64,000 nucleotides of DNA from Takakia lepidozioides (Eukaryota > Plantae > Bryophyta). Every line of letters begins with the position of its first letter. Position 1 is the first letter of the stretch. The stretch lies in contig CM060734.1 in assembly GCA_030704615.1 (NCBI GenBank), forward strand, positions 5,394,001 to 5,458,000, in the 5' to 3' direction. The position numbers were made by a program, and so were the translations under genes. The notes under the pieces are model-generated. The model was not told where the DNA came from. It made no database searches and saw only the letters and a program-made list of their open reading frames with translations. Below are positions 57,601 through 64,000 of the stretch, in pieces.

Positions 57601-60600
57601 CCTTGACACTCCAACACTCCCCCTCAAGGCATAACCCTTATAGCTAATGCCCACCCATTCTGACCACCGCCCCAACCTTGTTGGAAAACCACTGGCGTGT
57701 GATCGGGCTAGGGATTGAACTTAGGACCTCCCCCAAAACTAGACCTGTCCTCTACCTCCTAGTGATATTGACAGATAAGTTCTAGCACAAGCAGCAGTAC
57801 AAAAACTGACAGCCTAAACCAACCAAAGAGTTAGTACTAACAAGAAGTGTCAGTCCTAACAAGAATGCTCCTTACTGCAAAAGAAAGAACTTACAAAAGT
57901 AGATGCTGGACTTCTCCTCCTCCTCTCTCTGCAATCTACTAGGATAGCACATCCAAAATGCTAGAAGAAGTGCTGGGCATTGCCTCAGCCTTTCTCTTAA
58001 ATCCTACATGAGTTCTCTAGAAACTTCTGGTGGCTGGAACCTTCTGGTAGAACTATCCCTAGCCATCAAAAAACCCTAACAGAACCCTAGCTAACTAAAT
58101 CTGAGCTGACTTCTAACACTCCCACTCAGCGAGGATTGAGGCTTAACCCAATCAGTTCCATGCATCTAGAATGCTTTTCTTTGGATAGAGCCTTTGTGAG
58201 TGCATCAGCTGCCATGTCCTCAGTCCTACAGTAAACCAACTCAATCTCCAAACCAATCATTTCTCTAATGAAATGATGTTTGATATCTATGTGCTTGGTC
58301 CGGGCGTGATGAACAGGATTCTTGCTCAGCTCAATGCTGCTCCTGTTATCAGCATGCACTTTCGTTGGCTGTTCTTGACTGAAGCCAAGTTCACCAAGAA
58401 GCCTTCGAATCCAAATGGCTTCTTTAGCTGCATGAGTCAGAGCCATATACTCTGACTCAGTCGAGGATAGAGCAGTGGTCTGCTGTCTTTTGCTGCTCCA
58501 GCTCACAGCACCTCCACTCATTACAAAGCAGTAGGCAGATATGGATCTCCTCTCATCTGTGTCTCCTGCCCAATCTGCATCACTGTATCCTTCTAGTGAT
58601 GCTCCAGTGTCCTGCTTGTTGTAAGTTAGACATGTATCCGCAGTCCCTTTCAAATATCTAATCACCCTCTTGAGTGCTTTCCAATGCTGAGGTCCTGGGT
58701 TGTGCATGAACTTACTAAGCATTCCCACTGCATAGGCAATGTCTGGCCTGGTGCCAATCATTGCATACATCAGAGATCCCATGGCTTGCTGATATGGAAC
58801 CTTAGCCATTTCCTCAATCTCACTTGGAGATTTTGGCTCCATTTCCTTACTCAGCTTGCAGCCGGTTTCCAATGGTGTTGGTGCTGGTTTGCAGTCCTGC
58901 ATACCAAACTTCGCAACAACATTCCTGACATACCTCTCTTGGCTCAACTTTATAGTTCTCGCCTTCCTGTCCCTCAGAATCTGAATTCCAAGTAGGTAGT
59001 TCATGGCTCCAAGATCAACCATCTCAAAGGTTTCACTCAAATCATGCTTCTGCCTGCGCATGGTATCCTTGTTGTCGCTGATCAGTAGCAGGTCATCCAC
59101 ATAGAGTGCTATTATCATGACACCTGATGTCATGTAGTAAATGCTCTGATCAGCTGTACTCCTTACAAAACCTTGGCCTGTCAAGTAGCTATTGATCTTC
59201 TCATACCATGTCCTCGATGCCTGTTTGAGTCCATATAACGATTTCTTGAGCCGACACACCTTATCACCTTCTTGGAAGCCTTCTGGTTGTTTCATGTAGA
59301 TCTCCTCCTGGAGATCCCCATTCAAGAATGCAGTCTTCACGTCCATGTGTTCTATCTCCCAGTCATGCTTCGCTGCCAATGCCAGTAAACATCGGATGGA
59401 GGTGAACTTTGCCACCGGGGCAAAAGTTTCATTGTAGTCAAGCCCTGCAGTCTGTGTGAAACCTTTGGCCACAAGTCTGGCCTTGTACTTCACTATCTCA
59501 TTGTTGGGTCCTCTTTTTACTTTGAAAACCCACTTGCAATCTACCGCCTTTCTACCACCAGGCAGTGTTACCAGCTCCCAAGTCTGGTTTTCTTTTAGAG
59601 ATTTCATCTCCTCTAGTACAGCTCCCTCCCACTCATTGGCACCCTTGCCAAAGCGTCATTGAGGGTGGCTGGCTCCTCTGCATCATCAAGGGCATGGAAA
59701 CAACTTTCCATCTGCCCTATGTCATCCATAGTCAGACCAGTCAGTCCTGCTCTGATACCATGTTGGAAAACCACTGGCGTGTGGTCGGGCTAGGGATTGA
59801 ACCTAGGACCTCCCCCATTCCGGTGGGGTGCTCTACCACTGAGCTACCCGTCCCGTTCTGTTCTCAAAGTGTCGTGCAAGGGCTATAGCCTTGACACCTC
59901 CAACACTCCCCCTCAAGGCATAGCCCTTATGCTAATGCCCACCCATTCTGACCACCGCCCCAACCTTGGCTCTGATACCATGTTGGGAAACCACTGGCGT
60001 GTGGTCGGGCTAGGGATTGAACCTAGGACCTCCCCCATTCCGGTGAGGTGCTCTACCACTGAGCTACCCGTCCCGTTCTGTTCTCAAAGTGCCGTGCAAG
60101 GGCTATAACCTTGACACTCCAACATGGACAACTGGAAAAAGTAGGCGTTTCAGTCCCCCAGTCAATAAGTTCCAACTCTTACTGAACAGAATAGCAATAT
60201 TGACGAGGTTGATTTACATGATCTAGGCTCAGGATACACACTCGGTGGTAGCGCTAGACATTCAAGCAAATGGTGAAGAATCTGAGTTGTAGTACAACAT
60301 GGTTGGTGGCAGGTGTCTTTGTTGAGGGCTGATGGGTGTCCTAAGGTGTGGGTGGCCACTTCAGATACTTTCCATCAACATGCTGCCCATGGCGCGGTCT
60401 GTGATCTGCTCCCTTGTGACAGGTCAACTAAAGGCCGTGAGATTTTGCTGAGTTAGCGACATTGAGATGGACAATTTCAGGCTTAGCCTTCCAAGCGTTT
60501 GAGCCAATTGTTCTTTTCCGTTTATCACAGTCCTCAAATTTTGTAGGGTATGGAGTATTTTAGGATATCAGCCTGTGTCCTCAGGTTTCTGATATCTTGT

Positions 60601-61923
60601 GGTTTAGGTTGGCGAGTGGTCATGGCCATGGTAAGCTCTTGCAGATTGGAGGGTTTACTACAAAGGCGTGTCAGTCTTTCAGACTGGATGTGTGGTTGCA
60701 AAAACTACAGTTATAGATACTTCTGATGGCCATCTCAATAGAGCCCATCTCCAAGCATGTGTCCATTATGTCAACATTTCACTAAACACACTCCATTCAC
60801 AATATGGTGGAAACACGAGCTTAAGTTAATTTGACCCTCTGGGTTCTGAAAGGTCTGTAGTTGGTGTTTTTGACTCAGTGGCATGTGCTCTGTTATGCAG
60901 GGTGCATACATTTGGAACTGCAAAACACTCATCGCGGAGGTACTCGCTTTTATCTTTCCCTCATATCCCCATGTTATCTGTAGAAGTAATTGGAGTTTCC
61001 GGTTATGATATGGTGCCTGTTACCAACCGTTGCTGTACGGCAGTCCTGCATGCTAGGGCCTTTGTGAACATGTTCCAGTGTGATCGTTACTTCGTGAGAC
61101 CTCTGTACAAGGAAGCTGAAGCTATCTTTTATTTAAGAGGGTGCACCTGTAAGCTGCTGCAGCCATGCAGTGCAGCCGCACTAATTGCAAATAGTCTCAG
61201 GGGGTTGCAGAACTGCTGCATGGAATTTAAAAGCTGGACAGATTTTCAGAAGCTTGAATTAGCTATGAGGGATGTCTTGGCTTATATGCAGGGGAGGTAT
61301 GATTATACTCAGTTGGATAACATCAAAGCCATAAATATTGGCATCTTAGTAAAGCCCTCTTGGATAGATTGGGATGGAAACAATTGCACTGCATTGCATG
61401 GCCCTGTCAGTTTTAGTTGGTCACTTATGCAGGATGGTTAGTTGAAAATTCGTTTTTGACAGTGAAGCACATTTATTACTGGCAGTGGTGGGTCTGAACT
61501 TTCTTGACCACATCATGCTCAATCTTCTCTGAAGTTTCCAACTAGATTCTCTGCTTGTGGGATCTTGACATGGTAAAGCTCAGGTATATTGAAGTTGAAG
61601 AACTGTTGGGATTGTTGGCTGGGTTTGTAGATCAAGGATGCAAAGAAGGAGCTGCAGGAGCTGTTGCATGATGACAGGTGTGTGAAGCTTAATTACATGA
61701 CTGGTTCATCACATGTGTGGTCTTCTCTTTAACTGAGTGTGATGTCCAGTCAATCCTTTTTTGAAGTGGCATGTTTTCCGCCTGACGGGCAGCTGACAAT
61801 GGGTTGTGTGTCAACAGTGTGTATTCAGTGAAGGGTAAGCTCTTAGAGCACAACTTGGATCGGGAGGTGGTTGATGCCCTACAGGCCCTAAAGCAACAGC
61901 TGTCCCAACTTGAACAGAGCTAA
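54627..61923 (+). CDS. YacP/Rae1-like NYN-domain ribonuclease, probably plastid-targeted; exons 54627-54740, 55167-55238, 55484-55608, 55937-56097, 56501-56570, 57062-57116, 60313-60396, 60901-60939, 61631-61677, 61818-61923
   Basis: Spliced frame is continuous: RITSNVK, TSYRRKK, VLLVDGYN, VVVFDA, DSDSWIERE, VWVATSD, GAYIWNC, GKLLEHNLD. All exon phases match. Exon 1 is less certain and another short 5' exon is possible. Confidence 0.9.
57494..57565 (-). ncRNA. tRNA-like sequence inside the TRIM LTR (Pol III box A and box B)
   Basis: 72-nt cloverleaf with TAGCTCAGTGG and GGTTCAATCCC. The anticodon arm is imperfect. Confidence 0.8.
57736..58118 (-). repeat. Truncated native LTR of the captured Copia element
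   Basis: Starts TGTTAGAAG right after PPT TGAGTGGGAG, which overlaps the RNase H stop. Unrelated to the TRIM LTR. Confidence 0.7.
58126..59607 (-). CDS. Ty1/Copia reverse transcriptase-RNase H (open 493-aa ORF; no gag, PR or INT)
   Basis: KARLVAKGF, MDVKTAFLNG, LYGLKQA, LYVDD, YSDADWAG, TESEY, DNRSSI, ADALTK. Confidence 0.95.
   Translation of the reverse strand: MKSLKENQTWELVTLPGGRKAVDCKWVFKVKRGPNNEIVKYKARLVAKGFTQTAGLDYNETFAPVAKFTSIRCLLALAAKHDWEIEHMDVKTAFLNGDLQEEIYMKQPEGFQEGDKVCRLKKSLYGLKQASRTWYEKINSYLTGQGFVRSTADQSIYYMTSGVMIIALYVDDLLLISDNKDTMRRQKHDLSETFEMVDLGAMNYLLGIQILRDRKARTIKLSQERYVRNVVAKFGMQDCKPAPTPLETGCKLSKEMEPKSPSEIEEMAKVPYQQAMGSLMYAMIGTRPDIAYAVGMLSKFMHNPGPQHWKALKRVIRYLKGTADTCLTYNKQDTGASLEGYSDADWAGDTDERRSISAYCFVMSGGAVSWSSKRQQTTALSSTESEYMALTHAAKEAIWIRRLLGELGFSQEQPTKVHADNRSSIELSKNPVHHARTKHIDIKHHFIREMIGLEIELVYCRTEDMAADALTKALSKEKHSRCMELIGLSLNPR
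59782..59853 (-). ncRNA. tRNA-like sequence inside the inner TRIM LTR
   Basis: Same as 57494-57565 with one substitution in the anticodon stem. Confidence 0.8.
60002..60073 (-). ncRNA. tRNA-like sequence inside the 5' TRIM LTR
   Basis: Identical to 57494-57565. Confidence 0.8.
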
Positions 61924-64000
61924 TCAGTCCAGATGGCCGTTTGCTCCCAAGAGTGACAGTGCAAAATACATGATTTGGCGGGAAAGGCTCTGCTTGGTTG
62001 GGTTCTCATACAAGCAAGGTACTAAGTAGCTGTTTTGTTTTTGAGAAGCTGTCACACCTGTTTTGGGCCTGTTCATGCAATTTTTTGCTTGTCTCGTGAC
62101 AATGGTGCATGCACTGGGACGGTAGATGTGTGACTTAATAGAAAGAGATGTCTGTCTGAAGGAACTTCAATATCACTGAGGTTGATTTCAGATGCAAGAT
62201 AATTGGTCCACCTAGCTTTGTAAATGTGATAGAAATGAGGCCTTTCAGCCGTTTAAGCGTGCTCATGACAAGTAATTTCTAGAAAGCAACTTTTGACAGA
62301 GGGAACAACTCTTGATTTGGGTGGTCTGTAGGAGAACAAAAGCCGTTTTGCTGTGGCACAAACTCTGCACCATAAAGTTTGCCATGTGACACTTCTGCCA
62401 TGTAAGTACAGTATCTGCTTGACTTTTACGCTCCATATCCTCTAAACTTGGAGTGAACTTGCAAATGGTATATGTATGACCAGAAAGTCTCCTCGCCTGT
62501 CTTTCACATTCTTTATATAAAAGCTAATGGGGTAGGACTGTCTTTAAAATGAAATAAATATTGTACTCAGTTTTGAAACCCTGCATAGTCTGTGCTCAAC
62601 TAATTAAGCACCATGTACAAAGGGTCAGCAGCGGAGGGGCACTCACCCTATTAGTGTGCACAGATAGGAATGGCTTCCAGCGGAACTGTCTGCTAAAATA
62701 ATGCGAGTCCAGTAGATTTAGACACTTAGCAGCAGTGGCTGTATGCCAAGGCAGCCTTCAGCGTTAAAATCATTTCAAGAAAGGGTAGGCCTGAAAAGGC
62801 CAACTAAGAGTAAGATAGCAGCAGAAGCCTATTTGGCACAACTCACAAATCAGCTGGAGATCAGAAGGGAATCGCAACCCAAAACTTTGTGCGTATATGT
62901 TTGGTAGTACAGTATATTCATAAATTTCTGGTGATGTACTTCCCTTCTTAATTTGTTTGTGGCAGAGCTCTCTGTATGAATTGCAGCTGAAATTTCAGTC
63001 AAGGAGGGTGCTGGAAAGAGCTGGCGATTGTCACTGCATGGGGTTGTGCAGTTTGCACAAGACTGGAGACCATAAGCATACATGCCAGGCTTGTAACCAG
63101 TTTCTGGTATGTATACAAGCTGCATATTTGATGTTGACCCATAGGAGATGCTGGCATCTAGCCTTAAGGTCTTACATCAACCCATGAAAAGAGAAGTCAG
63201 AAAGGCCCTCTGTAGATGCATTTCTTCTTCGCCGTGTATTCTCATGACAACTTATTAGGCACTTAAACAGTGAAGCATTTGCCATGAGGCCGGAAACAGT
63301 GGCTCTTCCAAGTCACGGGTGAAGTGATCCAGGAAAGATAATTTTGCTTCTTTAGGCCCTGGTCTGTTCAGTGTTTTGTCTCATTGTTTCTTTTGCTGGT
63401 TTTATTCTTTTCCAGCATTGAGTGGTACTAAAGTTTCCTGGGGTTCTGTCCCCTTTCTTTAAGACCAAAAGGAAAATGAGAAAAAGTGAGAGGTAAACAT
63501 CCCATATTGTAACCCTTGTAATGTCTTTCAACAAGCTTTGAGTTACCAGACAAGGAAATTGGCTGTAGCAATCAATAGCATATCATACAATTTTATTTGG
63601 GACTAAGTTGATTTGCTTACTGCACATTTGGGCAGGGTTATTCCAATGGAGCTCAGGCTATCAAATGAGGAGGATGGTTCCAAGGGTATATAGTAGGGCT
63701 GGATGGTTGTCAATGACAACTGGAATTCTGCATCACAAAGGCACTATCCTCAGCTAAGTAGTCTTTAGGGAGGGTGGCGATTGATAGGATGTGTGTAGCC
63801 TACCATCAGTTCCGAAAAGTAATGTTAGTCAGGTGCTTTTTATATGAGCACAATTTCATGCCCTGTTAGTGGATGGCAAATTTTTTTTAAATCTCCAGGA
63901 CCCTATTTTGCATATAGTTGGCTCTGTTGTCTAATCCAACATCTTGAAACAATTTTTGTGTCCCCTGGGAACCACTATGGCTTCAGCAATTAGCTCAAAA

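Larger units (their letters stand above)
57473..60124 (-). mobile_element. Composite TRIM/Copia insertion in intron 6, flanked by a TGGAC target-site duplication
   Basis: Identical 144-bp outer LTRs (57473-57616, 59981-60124); inner LTR 59761-59905; partial LTR 57679-57735; PBS TGGTATCAGAGC twice; PPT TGAGGGGGAG; TSD at 57468-57472 and 60125-60129. Confidence 0.95.

Noticed and set aside
57494-60073. Three functional tRNA genes
   Set aside because: They lie inside LTRs, and the anticodon arm is mispaired with C at position 33. Reported as tRNA-like instead.
60878-61441. 187-aa ORF
   Set aside because: Overlaps a 39-bp NYN exon in another frame and is otherwise intron; no recognisable motifs.
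62850-63125. Terminal exon of a neighbouring minus-strand gene
   Set aside because: A CAG acceptor and open frame are plausible, but I recognise no motif and cannot link other exons.

Overview
Eukaryotic nuclear DNA from a land plant, probably a non-seed plant (inferred from many PLS-class PPR/E/DYW editing-factor sequences, spliceosomal introns and the TE lineages). About 55 kb is a nested mosaic of decayed mobile elements and PPR pseudogenes. The one clearly intact host gene is a 10-exon YacP/NYN-domain nuclease gene (54627-61923, +). Main components: (1) A non-chromovirus Ty3/Gypsy family with extra 5' and 3' ORFs, present twice; in the minus-strand copy the gag N-terminus is fused in frame to a PPR E1-E2-DYW domain. 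(2) A ~3.5 kb non-autonomous element with asymmetric inverted termini, present in 3-4 copies, which truncates a DYW domain. (3) A Ty3/Gypsy lineage with a C5-cytosine methyltransferase after the protease, a PHD finger after integrase, an apparent self-priming PBS and a split (A-B-A) LTR end. (4) Between the two halves of that lineage, a ~10.5 kb MULE-like DNA transposon (GCM-like/DDE/SWIM transposase) with a divergent spliced accessory gene resembling ParB plus an N4C/N6A (beta-class) DNA methyltransferase; its introns carry repeated 20-bp palindromes. (5) Inside a GC-AG intron of the NYN gene, a recent insertion (identical outer LTRs, TGGAC TSD) of a TRIM-like element. Its 144-bp LTRs contain a tRNA-like cloverleaf with Pol III A/B boxes, and it carries an open Copia RT-RNase H ORF. 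All domain calls come from reading motifs by eye; no database search was run.
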